Below, in pieces: positions 49,023 through 59,124 of a stretch of 64,000 nucleotides of DNA. The notes under the pieces were generated by a model. It had not been told where the DNA came from. It saw nothing but the letters and a program-made list of their open reading frames with translations, and made no database searches. The DNA is from Arcobacteraceae bacterium. GTDB taxonomy: Bacteria > Campylobacterota > Campylobacteria > Campylobacterales > Arcobacteraceae. The stretch is taken from positions 256,001 to 320,000 of the forward strand of contig OY759974.1 of assembly GCA_963662945.1 (NCBI GenBank), given 5' to 3'. Numbering within the stretch: the first letter of the stretch is position 1; the number at the start of each line of letters is the position of its first letter. The position numbers and the translations under genes were made by a program.

Positions 49023-50294
49023 TTGAATAAAACCAGAGAACAATTATTAACTAAATTATATAGTATTTACATATTCATTATAAAAAAATTATCAAATGAT
49101 ATTATAAATACAATAGTGAGCTGTAATACATTAATTTACAATAAAATATATATTAGAGTATTTGAAATTTACAAAGATAATACTATTGAACAAAACAAAA
49201 AATTTACCAAGTATTTATATGAGTGTGTTTTGGGATTGAATCCATTGATTGATGAAGAGGATAAGGGAGAATTAGATTTATTAATAAAAGAAATAATATC
49301 AAGTGAATCAAAACTAATAGCTAAACATTATATATTAAGGGCATATTTTGATTATTATATATCTACTAATAGTGTTTTTAAAATAATAAGCAAAAAAAAT
49401 ATCAAAACTAATTTTAAAAAAGCTAAAAAATATGATTTAGATATAAAACTTTTAAGGAATAAAGATTACAAAGCTTTCAAAAAAGATATAAAATCAGAAT
49501 TGAAAGATATATCAAATAAGATAAAAATTATAAATAAAGAAAAAATAAAACTTGAAAAAGAAAAGACAATTAATCCTATTGAAATTAAAATATCAAATAT
49601 AATTGCTTTAATTTCAATTTTTTCTGCATTATCCCTAATTGGAGGCATAATTTATAATCAATTACTTTTTTACTTTTTAGGATTAAATGCAACAAACTTT
49701 TTTAATATATCAGATTATATCTCTTCAAGTGTTGATGTTCTATTTATTGTATTTATTTCTATGGCTATAGCAATACCTTTTTATTTTTTGAAAACTATTC
49801 ACCTTTTAGATGAACAAATCTTAGATGATCAACTTGGAACAAATATTCAAATTGAAAATAACAAAAAAGAATCAATTATTAAATGGTTTATGTATATTTT
49901 ATTAATTTTGGTAAATATTGCATTGTATATTAAAGATAAAGAGATTAATTTTGATTTTTTACTTGTCCTTATATATACTTCTATAATCTTTTCTTTACCA
50001 AAATTAGGTTTTATGAAGTATATTAAAAATTCATATCATTTTGCCTTGTCTATATTAATAATACTTAACTTTTTATTTCTAATAATTTCAAAAGCACATA
50101 ATGAAAAAGAAAATATTAAAACTGATAATTACAATAATAAATATAAAATTGTTTTAAAAGAAAAAAATAATAACAAATACTCATTTATTCAATCTAATTC
50201 AAACTATACTTTCTTATTTAATAAAAATGAAAATAAAGTTATAATCATACACAATAATGAGATTGAAAGAATAGAAGTCTTACTTAATGAATAA
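49023..50294 (+). CDS. Hypothetical multi-TM protein
   Basis: 423 aa with about 5 TMs in the C-terminal half; last gene of the element. Confidence 0.6.
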   Translation: MNKTREQLLTKLYSIYIFIIKKLSNDIINTIVSCNTLIYNKIYIRVFEIYKDNTIEQNKKFTKYLYECVLGLNPLIDEEDKGELDLLIKEIISSESKLIAKHYILRAYFDYYISTNSVFKIISKKNIKTNFKKAKKYDLDIKLLRNKDYKAFKKDIKSELKDISNKIKIINKEKIKLEKEKTINPIEIKISNIIALISIFSALSLIGGIIYNQLLFYFLGLNATNFFNISDYISSSVDVLFIVFISMAIAIPFYFLKTIHLLDEQILDDQLGTNIQIENNKKESIIKWFMYILLILVNIALYIKDKEINFDFLLVLIYTSIIFSLPKLGFMKYIKNSYHFALSILIILNFLFLIISKAHNEKENIKTDNYNNKYKIVLKEKNNNKYSFIQSNSNYTFLFNKNENKVIIIHNNEIERIEVLLNE

Positions 50295-50443
50295 GAAAGT
50301 ATAGTTTAGATTTTAATACACTACAGATATTAAAAATAGGGTTAATTAGTGTCTATTAGGTACATAAAATAGTACATAGTAGAGTTTATAAAATCACTAT
50401 AAACCCCTTAAATAATAGGCTTATAGCTATAAGTGGAACATAG

Positions 50444-50541
50444 TAATATCTTTTGCACCCCTACTTTTAGGGATGCCTATAGCTTGGTATTCACACCTTA
50501 TAGGTTTTGCTCTTGGGTGGGTTATGGGATACATTCTTTAA
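50444..50541 (+). pseudogene. attR core plus displaced original 3' end of the rhomboid gene
   Basis: Encodes ISFAPLLLGMPIAWYSHLIGFALGWVMGYIL*; its stop overlaps the stop of the convergent host gene. Confidence 0.92.
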
Positions 50542-51536
50542 GATAATTTTTCAAAAATCTTTTTAGCTTGAATAATTGCTCCCTCTATATAACCACCTTG
50601 TTCAAAAGAAAATTCTGTAGAACTAAATAATACTTTGTCCCCATATTTACTTGTATCGATCCCATAGTTTGGATGAGCTGTCATATTATTAAAATCTTCT
50701 TTTGTAGAAGTATATTTTTCTCTCTTCCAATCAACAAGATGTATAGCTAAAATTTCACTTTCCTCTATATCAAAAACTCTTTGTAATTGTTCTATTAACT
50801 CTTTTTTATAATTATCAGTATCCACTTTAATTCTTACAAATCCAAACAATGCATTTTTGGTACGAGTAGTAGCATCATGTATCTCAGCCAACGGTCCAAT
50901 ATTTGAGAAAACAAATCCACTCAAACCTTTCTCTCTCCAAAATGAAGTTTTAAATTCAATGACACACTTTGCACTATTTCCCATCCAAGTTTGAGTATTT
51001 TTCATTTTCTCTTTTAATTGTATTGGCAGTGGTGGGATAAAATTTAAATTTTGGGCAATTCTTGGAGGAAGTGTGGAGATAGCATAGTTGCTTGTATACT
51101 CTTTAGTCTTTGTTTTTATTGTTATATTTTCTTGCTTTACTATGGATACAACTTCACTATTTAAAACTATATTGACATTTTGTAATTGATTGTGTAATTT
51201 ATCTATAAGCTTTGTAAGTGTCCCATCCATTCTTGCTGATGGGATATTTTGTTGTGGCATAAATTTTTCAACACTATTTTGTGTATCATACAAAGCATAG
51301 CCATTTTCATATTGTAAAAAGAGTTGTAAATCAAATTTTTCAATAAGTTCTAAAATATTTTTGTGATGTTGCCATACCCAAGATGGTCCCATATCATGAC
51401 CATCTATACTATATATTCTTCCACCTATTCTATCTCTAGCTTCTAAAATAGTTATATCATATTTTTTTTGGAGTAAATAAGCTAAATATAACCCACTAAC
51501 TCCAGCACCGATAATAACTATTTTTTCTTTTTTCAA
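50538..51536 (-). CDS. Flavin monoamine oxidase family protein
   Basis: GAGVSG, LEARDRIGGR and GYIEGA. Confidence 0.9.
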   Translation of the reverse strand: MKKEKIVIIGAGVSGLYLAYLLQKKYDITILEARDRIGGRIYSIDGHDMGPSWVWQHHKNILELIEKFDLQLFLQYENGYALYDTQNSVEKFMPQQNIPSARMDGTLTKLIDKLHNQLQNVNIVLNSEVVSIVKQENITIKTKTKEYTSNYAISTLPPRIAQNLNFIPPLPIQLKEKMKNTQTWMGNSAKCVIEFKTSFWREKGLSGFVFSNIGPLAEIHDATTRTKNALFGFVRIKVDTDNYKKELIEQLQRVFDIEESEILAIHLVDWKREKYTSTKEDFNNMTAHPNYGIDTSKYGDKVLFSSTEFSFEQGGYIEGAIIQAKKIFEKLS

Positions 51537-51543
51537 TTAGATT

Positions 51544-52563
51544 TTATCCCATAGGATACATTATTTCTAATTGTATCTGTTGTATTTTTTTCATAGTTTC
51601 ATCGCTTAATTTTACATCAAATGCAGCAAATGAGTCATCTAATTGTTCAGCAGTTCTTGCTCCTATAATTGTAGAAGCAACAAAATCAAACTGCTTTGAA
51701 TAAGCAACAGCAAGTGTTACTGGTGATATGTTTAATTCTTTTGCTAACTCCATATATTTTGCAGTAGTTAAGAGTGATTTTTCATTTACAAATCTTGTTG
51801 CTTGTCCTTGAATTCTAGGATTTTTGCTTTTTAAATATTCAGAATATCGTGCAACATCTGGATAAAACTTTCCATTGTATTTTCCACTTAAAACTCCACC
51901 TGCAATTGGAGAATATGGTAGTAATGAAATCTGCTCTTTTTTACAAACTTGTGCTAACTCATCTAAAAATCGAGGATTATTTAATGAAAAATTGTTTTGA
52001 ATAGATTCAAATCTACTAATACCTAGTCTTTTTGATGTTTCATTCGCTTTTGTTAAGCCATAAGCACTATCATTTGAAGTTCCAAGATATCTCACTTTTC
52101 CCTCCTTAACTAACTCTTCAAAAGCTTTAAGTGACTCTTCTATGGGTATAACAGTATCAGGCCAATGCATTTGATACAAATCTATATAATCAGTTCCTAA
52201 ACGCTTTAAACTTCCCTCGATAGCTTTTTTAATATGAAATTTATCAATTGCAGTTAGACCGTGTCTCACAGGTGGTACAAACCAACCATTTGCAGCCCCA
52301 GCCACTTTTGAAGCAATAATCAGTTTATCTCTCGTTTTTCCCTTAAGCCAACGTCCAATAATCTCTTCCGTAAGTCCCATATATTTAGCATCTGGTGGTA
52401 TTGGATAAATCTCTGCTGTATCAAAAAAGTTTATACCTCTATCGTACGCTTTATCCATAATTTTAAAAGCTTCTTTTTCATCACTCCACGAACCAAAACT
52501 CATAGTTCCTAAACAAATTGGTGTAACTCTTAAACCTGTTCTACCTATATATCTATATTCCAT
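51544..52563 (-). CDS. Aldo/keto reductase (Tas-like)
   Basis: LGTM, DTAEIY, IDLYQMHWP and YSPIAGG. Confidence 0.92.
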   Translation of the reverse strand: MEYRYIGRTGLRVTPICLGTMSFGSWSDEKEAFKIMDKAYDRGINFFDTAEIYPIPPDAKYMGLTEEIIGRWLKGKTRDKLIIASKVAGAANGWFVPPVRHGLTAIDKFHIKKAIEGSLKRLGTDYIDLYQMHWPDTVIPIEESLKAFEELVKEGKVRYLGTSNDSAYGLTKANETSKRLGISRFESIQNNFSLNNPRFLDELAQVCKKEQISLLPYSPIAGGVLSGKYNGKFYPDVARYSEYLKSKNPRIQGQATRFVNEKSLLTTAKYMELAKELNISPVTLAVAYSKQFDFVASTIIGARTAEQLDDSFAAFDVKLSDETMKKIQQIQLEIMYPMG

Positions 52564-52625
52564 AGCTAAACCTTTTAATCACTTTTTGGTATAATACCGA
52601 AAAATTATTAAAGGCAATTAAGTAT

Positions 52626-53183
52626 ATGAGTTTAAAAGAAAAATTAATTACAAGAAGCAATGGTGCATGTGAACTGTGTGGTTCAACTGAAGACTTAACA
52701 GTATATGAGGTAAATCCAAGTGATGGAAGTGTAGATAAAGCTATTTTAACTTGTGGAAAATGTAATGAACAATTACAAGATATGACTAATCTTGATGCAA
52801 CTCATTGGTATTGTCTCAATGACAGTATGTGGAGCGAAGTTGATGCTGTAAAAGTTGTAGCATATAGAGTATTAAAAACATTAAATAACCAAGAATTACT
52901 AGATATGATGTATTTAGAAGATGATGTTAAAGCTTGGGCAGAACAAGGTTTATTTGAAGAGAACAATAAAGTAATCCATAAAGATAGCAATGGTGTAATT
53001 TTAAATGCAGGTGATACAGTAACTATCATAAAAGATTTAGATGTAAAAGGAACTGGCTTTACTGCAAAAAGAGGAACAGCTGTAAGAAATATATCTTTAC
53101 CTCACGATGATTCTGAACATATCGAGGGAAGAGTAAATGGCGTTAAAATTATGATATTAACAAAATACCTTAAAAAAGTATAA
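52626..53183 (+). CDS. PhnA-domain protein
   Basis: CELC and 'DSNGVILNAGDTVTIIKDLDVKG'. Confidence 0.88.
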   Translation: MSLKEKLITRSNGACELCGSTEDLTVYEVNPSDGSVDKAILTCGKCNEQLQDMTNLDATHWYCLNDSMWSEVDAVKVVAYRVLKTLNNQELLDMMYLEDDVKAWAEQGLFEENNKVIHKDSNGVILNAGDTVTIIKDLDVKGTGFTAKRGTAVRNISLPHDDSEHIEGRVNGVKIMILTKYLKKV

Positions 53184-53231
53184 GTTATATTGTAGTATAA
53201 TAGCTTACAAAAAATAATTTAGGATATTTCA

Positions 53232-54053
53232 ATGACTGAAGTTTTATCAAAAAAGATAGATTCATTACCACCACTACCAAAAACAATACTCGATCTTGAA
53301 GAATTTAAAAAATCTCCAAATAAAGATTTAGAAGTTTTAGAAAAAATAATCGAACAAGATCCTTTAATAGTTGCTACTTTATTAAAAGTTTCAAATTCAG
53401 CAATGTTTGGATTTAATAACAAAGTTGAAAATGCTAGTCGTGCTATACATCTTTTAGGAGTTAACTTTACTTTATCTATTGCATTTGGTAGTGCAATTAA
53501 AAATGCACTTGATATTGATTTAGCTGCTTATGGTATAAATGCAGATAGATTTATGTCTATTGCAAATTTATCTTCAAATCTATTAAAAGAGTGGATGAAA
53601 AAAGTAGACAATACTTTAAAAGATGAACTTCTATTACCTATTTTTTTACTAGAAACAGGAAGATTCGTTTTATCAGGTGTTGCAATAGAAGATAAAGTAC
53701 ATAAAGAGTTCTATAAAAGAATTCATCAAAATCCACTTGAGATTTCTGCTATTGAAAAAGAATTCTTTGCAGTAAGTTCAACACAAGTTACATCATCAAT
53801 CTTTAAACACTGGAATTTAAGTGATTCGTTAGTAGATTTAATTAAATATTCTGATGATATAGAAAATTGTCCTAAAAATTATCTAAAAGAAGCACAAATA
53901 TTAAATGTAGTAAAAACTATTTGTAATGTAACTGATCCATTAGGTGATCAATTTGTTGAAGCTGGTATTAAAAAAGCTCATGAGTTTGGTTTAGATACTA
54001 AACATTTAGAAAAAGCTATTGAAACTATGCAAGATAGATTATTAGAAGAGTAA
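53232..54053 (+). CDS. HDOD domain protein
   Basis: 'LPPLP', 'DPLIVATLLKVSNS' and 'HWNL'. Confidence 0.9.
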   Translation: MTEVLSKKIDSLPPLPKTILDLEEFKKSPNKDLEVLEKIIEQDPLIVATLLKVSNSAMFGFNNKVENASRAIHLLGVNFTLSIAFGSAIKNALDIDLAAYGINADRFMSIANLSSNLLKEWMKKVDNTLKDELLLPIFLLETGRFVLSGVAIEDKVHKEFYKRIHQNPLEISAIEKEFFAVSSTQVTSSIFKHWNLSDSLVDLIKYSDDIENCPKNYLKEAQILNVVKTICNVTDPLGDQFVEAGIKKAHEFGLDTKHLEKAIETMQDRLLEE

Positions 54054-54061
54054 AAACTCTT

Positions 54062-54652
54062 TTAATAATTTAGTTTTTTTACTTTATCAACTACTTCTTG
54101 TAGGTTCTCTTTTATTTCATTTTCACTCATAGTTCCACTGGTTGTTCCAACTTTAATTTTTCCAATATGAATATTTTCGATAGTACCATCTTGTTTTACA
54201 TTGTAAACAAAATATTTTAAAGCATCTGATGTTGGTACTTGTAAAAAATTTCGGATTGCACCATCTCTATCATATATCCAAGGAAGATGTTTATCACCTT
54301 TAAGTTTTGTATTTTGCGTATGAGCTTGCCATCTTTTGATAAACCAAGGTTCATTTGATATATTTGACACAATTATAAAATCTCCTTCATCTAAATCCAA
54401 CATCTCATCAAGTGTTTTTGCTAAAATAATTGATTCATGATTTCCTACAAAAATAATAGTCTCAGGTTTTATAATACTTTTTGTAATAAATTTCTGATTT
54501 TCGAAACCTATTAGTTCTACACTTTGAGGTAAGTTCTCAATATTAACTGCAACCTTTTCTATTTTTTTCGGAGCATCTACTGTTAACAGCGTAAGTGCAA
54601 CAAGTGCAACAATACTTATAATCACAAGTTTTATTATTGACCATATTTTCAT
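54062..54652 (-). CDS. Hypothetical membrane-anchored protein
   Basis: 196 aa with an N-terminal TM. Confidence 0.65.
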   Translation of the reverse strand: MKIWSIIKLVIISIVALVALTLLTVDAPKKIEKVAVNIENLPQSVELIGFENQKFITKSIIKPETIIFVGNHESIILAKTLDEMLDLDEGDFIIVSNISNEPWFIKRWQAHTQNTKLKGDKHLPWIYDRDGAIRNFLQVPTSDALKYFVYNVKQDGTIENIHIGKIKVGTTSGTMSENEIKENLQEVVDKVKKLNY

Positions 54653-54661
54653 AACTATCCT

Positions 54662-55753
54662 TTATTTTATCTTTCTAACTTCTCTTTTAAAAAGTCTATC
54701 AACTAAAATATTTTCATCTATTTTTATATCTTTTATTATGCTATCTACTAATTGTTTTGCAAGATAAGGAGATAATACAAATCCCCTTCCCCCTACACCG
54801 TTCAGCATAAACAGATTTTCATATTTACTAAAACGTTTTGATTCTACATTTGTACCATTTTTTAGATATGGAAACTCTTTAAGAGTCTGCTTGCTATTAA
54901 TAATTTGTCCAACCATAGGAAAATAATCTACACTACTAGCTCTAGCACCACAATAATCTTTTACTATTTTTATCTCTTCAAGTTTGATAATATCAGCTGC
55001 TTTTTCTAGTAGTTCTTGATAGTTTTGTTCTATATTATCTACATCTATTTTTTCTCTATGATGTGTCGCTCCTATTGAGACTAAATAGTTATCTTTATTT
55101 GCAAAACTTTTAGATACAGAACAAGCTTTATGATAATTATAAGGAACTTTTGTAGATGTTTCAATATCTATTCGTCTTCCCCAAACAGCTCGTATATTGA
55201 TATAAAACTCATCTATAAGATTTATTTCATATCCTGTTGTTAGTATAATATTTTTTGCTTTTAATTCATCATTAATAAGCCAAAAACCATCTTGGTATTC
55301 TAAATTCTTCACTTCATAATTGAATTTTGTTTGGACATTCTTAGTCATATTTTTACAAAGTGCAAAACTATCTACAACAGAACCTATCTCAAAAAAATAA
55401 CCATCACCATCTTTTTTAAAATCAAAATCCATATAAGGGATATAACTTTGAAACTTTTCCTCTTCACTACTATTTTTTGGAATTCTTGTTGTTCCACAAT
55501 TTTTAATATATGTAGGAAAGTTTCTTTTATAAAACTCTGTAGAGTAATTCAACGACGTGGTAACCAAATCTTTGAAAAGATTTGGCTTTCCTAAAAGTGG
55601 AGATAAAAATGCCCCAGCAGCTCCAGAAGCTCCTTGTGCTACATCACTACATCTATCAACTAGAAGTATATTTTTATTATATTGAGACAACTCATATGCC
55701 ACACTACAGCCGCAAATTCCAGCACCTACTATAATGTAGTCATAATTGTTCAT
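54662..55753 (-). CDS. FAD-dependent oxidoreductase (MnmC C-terminal-like)
   Basis: GAGICG, GASG..GA, IGATH, D.FPMVG and GGRG. Confidence 0.8.
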   Translation of the reverse strand: MNNYDYIIVGAGICGCSVAYELSQYNKNILLVDRCSDVAQGASGAAGAFLSPLLGKPNLFKDLVTTSLNYSTEFYKRNFPTYIKNCGTTRIPKNSSEEEKFQSYIPYMDFDFKKDGDGYFFEIGSVVDSFALCKNMTKNVQTKFNYEVKNLEYQDGFWLINDELKAKNIILTTGYEINLIDEFYINIRAVWGRRIDIETSTKVPYNYHKACSVSKSFANKDNYLVSIGATHHREKIDVDNIEQNYQELLEKAADIIKLEEIKIVKDYCGARASSVDYFPMVGQIINSKQTLKEFPYLKNGTNVESKRFSKYENLFMLNGVGGRGFVLSPYLAKQLVDSIIKDIKIDENILVDRLFKREVRKIK

Positions 55754-55762
55754 ACTAACAAC

Positions 55763-57787
55763 TTATATAGTTATCTCTTTAATATCAGCTATAGCTTTAA
55801 AAGAGTTATATACAACTGCAATAAGGTTTTTTCTATTTGTTTTTATTTTTTCATTTTCATGATTAACAAAAACATTATCAAAGAAATTATCAAGTTCTGG
55901 TTTTAAAGCAAAAAGTGCATCAAGTTGTTCATCAAATGTTGTATATACTTTTGCTGCAACTGCACTATATTGTTTGAATAATACTTTTTCTGCTTCATCT
56001 TCAAAAAGTGTTTCATCAATAGTTAAAGTTGCTGTTGTATCCAAATCTTTTACAATATTCGCAACCCGTTTAAAAGTATCACTCATACTTTTAAACTCAC
56101 TACTGTTTACAACTGGATTTAATGCTTCAATTTTCAAACTTATACTAAATAAATCTTTTTGACCATCACTATTTAAAACTGCTTTTATAACACTTGGATT
56201 TACATAACTATAAAGTTTGTATAATCTTTCATTTAAAAACTCAATTAACTGTGCTTTGTCTAAGTTTGGATATTTTTCAATCGAATTATCTATAATTGAT
56301 TCTATATCTAAATGCAATCTATGTTCAACGGCAATTCTAAAGATTCCCAAGGCAGCTCGTCTTAGGGCAAATGGATCTCTACTTCCCGTTGGAATCATAC
56401 CAACACTAAAAAGACCCATAAGATTATCAAGTTTATTACTTAATGCCACGACACAACTAAATGTATTTGAAGGAGTTGCACTTGTCTCTCCGTCTGGAAG
56501 ATATTGTTCTTTTAATGCTGTACAAACTAAAGGATCTCTTCCCTCTTTTTGTGCATAGTAATATCCCATAATTCCTTGTAAATCAGTAAATTCATACACC
56601 ATATCAGTAATAAGGTCAGCTTTACTAATCATCACAGCTTCCTCTATTAAAGCTTTCTCTTCATCCATATCAAACTGATTTGCAATAAGTTGTGCTATAA
56701 AAGCTTCTCTTTCACATTTGTTATAAATTGAACCTAACCCTTCTACAAAACTTACTCTTTTAAGTCCTTCGTTATTCAATCCATTTTTAATATCATTTTT
56801 CCAAAAGAACATACCATCACTTAATCTTGGTCTTAAAACTCTTTCATTTCCTGCAATTATATGAGAAAAGTCTTTTGTGTAAGAGTTTGATACTACGATA
56901 AATTTATTTGTGATTTTTCCATCTTTATAGACTGCAAAATATCTTTGATGCTCTTTCATAGAACCTATGATTACCTCTTCAGGTAACTCTAAAAATTCTT
57001 CATCAAATGTTCCTAAAAGTGCAGTTGGATACTCTGTAATTGCCACAACTTCATCAAGAAGTTCTTCATCTCTTTCAATAGTAATATTGTTTTCTTTTTC
57101 AATAGCATCCATTTGAGATAAAATATTTGCACGTCTCTCTTGTGGATATAAAATAACTCCATGTTTATCAAGCTTACAAAAGTAATCTCCTGCAAATTCA
57201 AAACTAAATGGCTCATAAGAAACCATTCTATGAGCGGCACTTGTTTTTGATGATTTGATACCGTAAAGTTCAGCGTCAACTAAATCTTCACCTAAAACAA
57301 TACTTAATCCCCTAATAGGTCTGATAAAACTATCCGTTCGATCTGCCCATCTCATTGATTTACCAAAATTAAGTTTAGCAATAAACTCATTTACCATTGC
57401 ACCTAAAAGTTCACTTGCTTGTTTCCCTGTTACAGTTTGTTTAAAATATAAAAACTCTTGACCATTTTTTGAAGCAGTTTGCAACTCTTCTACACTCACA
57501 CCACATTTTTTAGCAAATCCTTGTGCTGCACCTGTTGGTACACCATCTTTATAAGCAATTGCAACTGGTGCTCCCCAAAGCTCTTCTTCAATATCTTCTT
57601 GTGCAACTTGAAATTCTCTATGCCAAAATACCAATCTTCTTGGTGTATAATAAAAATTAAACTCACATAGTAAATTATTCTCTTCTAAAATATCTGACCA
57701 TTTTTTTTCAATATTTGGCAGCTCTTTTAAAAATGGTATAGCTGGTAACTCTTCAACTAAAATTTCTACTAATAATGGCTTGATCAT
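55763..57787 (-). CDS. glyS: Glycine-tRNA ligase beta subunit
   Basis: EELP, TPRRL, FIRPI, HQRYF and TGSRDPFALRR. Confidence 0.97.
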   Translation of the reverse strand: MIKPLLVEILVEELPAIPFLKELPNIEKKWSDILEENNLLCEFNFYYTPRRLVFWHREFQVAQEDIEEELWGAPVAIAYKDGVPTGAAQGFAKKCGVSVEELQTASKNGQEFLYFKQTVTGKQASELLGAMVNEFIAKLNFGKSMRWADRTDSFIRPIRGLSIVLGEDLVDAELYGIKSSKTSAAHRMVSYEPFSFEFAGDYFCKLDKHGVILYPQERRANILSQMDAIEKENNITIERDEELLDEVVAITEYPTALLGTFDEEFLELPEEVIIGSMKEHQRYFAVYKDGKITNKFIVVSNSYTKDFSHIIAGNERVLRPRLSDGMFFWKNDIKNGLNNEGLKRVSFVEGLGSIYNKCEREAFIAQLIANQFDMDEEKALIEEAVMISKADLITDMVYEFTDLQGIMGYYYAQKEGRDPLVCTALKEQYLPDGETSATPSNTFSCVVALSNKLDNLMGLFSVGMIPTGSRDPFALRRAALGIFRIAVEHRLHLDIESIIDNSIEKYPNLDKAQLIEFLNERLYKLYSYVNPSVIKAVLNSDGQKDLFSISLKIEALNPVVNSSEFKSMSDTFKRVANIVKDLDTTATLTIDETLFEDEAEKVLFKQYSAVAAKVYTTFDEQLDALFALKPELDNFFDNVFVNHENEKIKTNRKNLIAVVYNSFKAIADIKEITI

Positions 57788-57942
57788 ATTTTTTCTTCCT
57801 CTTTAATATTTTGATGTTTTTCTTCTGATTCTTCTAATCTTTTTTTATGTTTTTCCACTTGTGTTTCATTCATACCTCTTAAAAATATAAATAAAATATA
57901 TGCTAATCCAACCCAAATTATTATGTCAAATACTTCTTTCAT
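57784..57942 (-). CDS. 52-aa single-TM protein (not in ORF track)
   Basis: ATGA-coupled on both sides; starts MKEVFDIIIWVGLAYILFIFLRG. Confidence 0.55.
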   Translation of the reverse strand: MKEVFDIIIWVGLAYILFIFLRGMNETQVEKHKKRLEESEEKHQNIKEEEKI

Positions 57943-58316
57943 AATAAGCCTTTATAGATTGCACCATCTATCTCATCAAGTGCTATTTTTTCTATCTCTT
58001 CACTATCTTCTATAACTGCTAAAATTTGACTGTCAAACATATAGTTATCAGCAATTTTTTGAGATTGAATTAAAATATTAACTCTAGGTATAATATACTT
58101 TGCACCAAGATTATGAGCATATATAACTTCTTTTATACTATGTGCTAAAACAGCACAGTTTATATCATTTGCTTTAGTATACTTCAATAAATCAAAATCA
58201 AAATCAAAAAGCACTGTTGAAGCAGGAGAAGTTTTTTTGATCTCTTCAATAGAAGTTATTTTTTCTATTTTTTCATATTCTATGTTTGGGTCACCTAGTA
58301 AAATCATTTTAAACAC
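57939..58316 (-). CDS. Conserved hypothetical protein
   Basis: Operonic ORF; 'AKYII', 'Q..ADNYMFD'. Confidence 0.7.
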   Translation of the reverse strand: MFKMILLGDPNIEYEKIEKITSIEEIKKTSPASTVLFDFDFDLLKYTKANDINCAVLAHSIKEVIYAHNLGAKYIIPRVNILIQSQKIADNYMFDSQILAVIEDSEEIEKIALDEIDGAIYKGLL

Positions 58317-58522
58317 TCACGGCTACAAAAATATTTTCCATTACTTAAGATTGCTTCATCTTTTGATACATAAGTACCACAACTAGGACATTCTACTAAC
58401 GTATCTGTAATCTCTTCATGTTTATCTTTTTTGTTTAAACTTTCTTCTCTATTTTTTTTAAAAAAAACAATATACACTAAAAATATTACAGCTATTACAG
58501 CCAAAATTTTAAATATCATCAA
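58304..58522 (-). CDS. PP0621-family zinc-finger membrane protein
   Basis: TM followed by 'ECPSCGTYVS..EA.....YFCS.EC'. Confidence 0.8.
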   Translation of the reverse strand: MMIFKILAVIAVIFLVYIVFFKKNREESLNKKDKHEEITDTLVECPSCGTYVSKDEAILSNGKYFCSRECLK

Positions 58523-59111
58523 ATAACCCTTTTCTTTTTATGTACAAATAGTTTCTATGTTCTCCACTTTGTACAACTTCATAATTCTTTATTTTAGCAT
58601 CTTTTATCTCATCTTCACAAATACTCCCTTTGTAAAAAAGATATTCAGTATCCTGTGAAGCAATATTATTTGTGATACTTAAAAGTAATGTTGTATTTGT
58701 AACTGCCCTACTTGTAATCAGATCAAAATCTTGTGGAGGAAGATATTCTACCCTATTTTGTACCACTTCTACATTTTCCAATTTTAAAGCACTTTTAACA
58801 AAATTTAAAAATGCCACTCTTTTGGCACGTGGCTCTATCAAAGATACTTTTTTTGCAGGATATGCAATAGCAAGTAACATTCCAGGATATCCAGCACCAG
58901 TTCCTATATCTGCTAGTGTTTCAAAAGGATTTAAAAATTTGACAGGATAAATACTATCTAGAATATTATCTTCAATTTCCTCTTTTTTTAGCTGAGCTGA
59001 TAAGCTATGTACTGCTCCCCATTGCTGTAAAAGAGTGATAAACTTTTCACATCGTTCATAGAACAAATCATCAAATTCTAAACCAATCTTTTTACATTTA
59101 TCTTTTAACAC
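58509..59111 (-). CDS. rsmG: 16S rRNA m7G527 methyltransferase
   Basis: ILDS, DIGTGAGYPG, SRAV and YKG. Confidence 0.93.
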   Translation of the reverse strand: MLKDKCKKIGLEFDDLFYERCEKFITLLQQWGAVHSLSAQLKKEEIEDNILDSIYPVKFLNPFETLADIGTGAGYPGMLLAIAYPAKKVSLIEPRAKRVAFLNFVKSALKLENVEVVQNRVEYLPPQDFDLITSRAVTNTTLLLSITNNIASQDTEYLFYKGSICEDEIKDAKIKNYEVVQSGEHRNYLYIKRKGLFDDI

Positions 59112-59124
59112 TGTTTTTACCTAA

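Larger units (their letters stand above)
5949..50459. mobile_element. ~44.5 kb integrative (mobilizable) element with plasmid-type replicon
   Basis: Identical 16-bp core at 5949-5964 and 50444-50459, duplicated rhomboid 3' end, and integrase next to attL. Contains relaxase, T4CP, Rep and Ard genes. Composition shifts at both borders. Confidence 0.95.

Noticed and set aside
6047-50443. Prophage
   Set aside because: No terminase, capsid, portal, tail or lysis genes were recognised.
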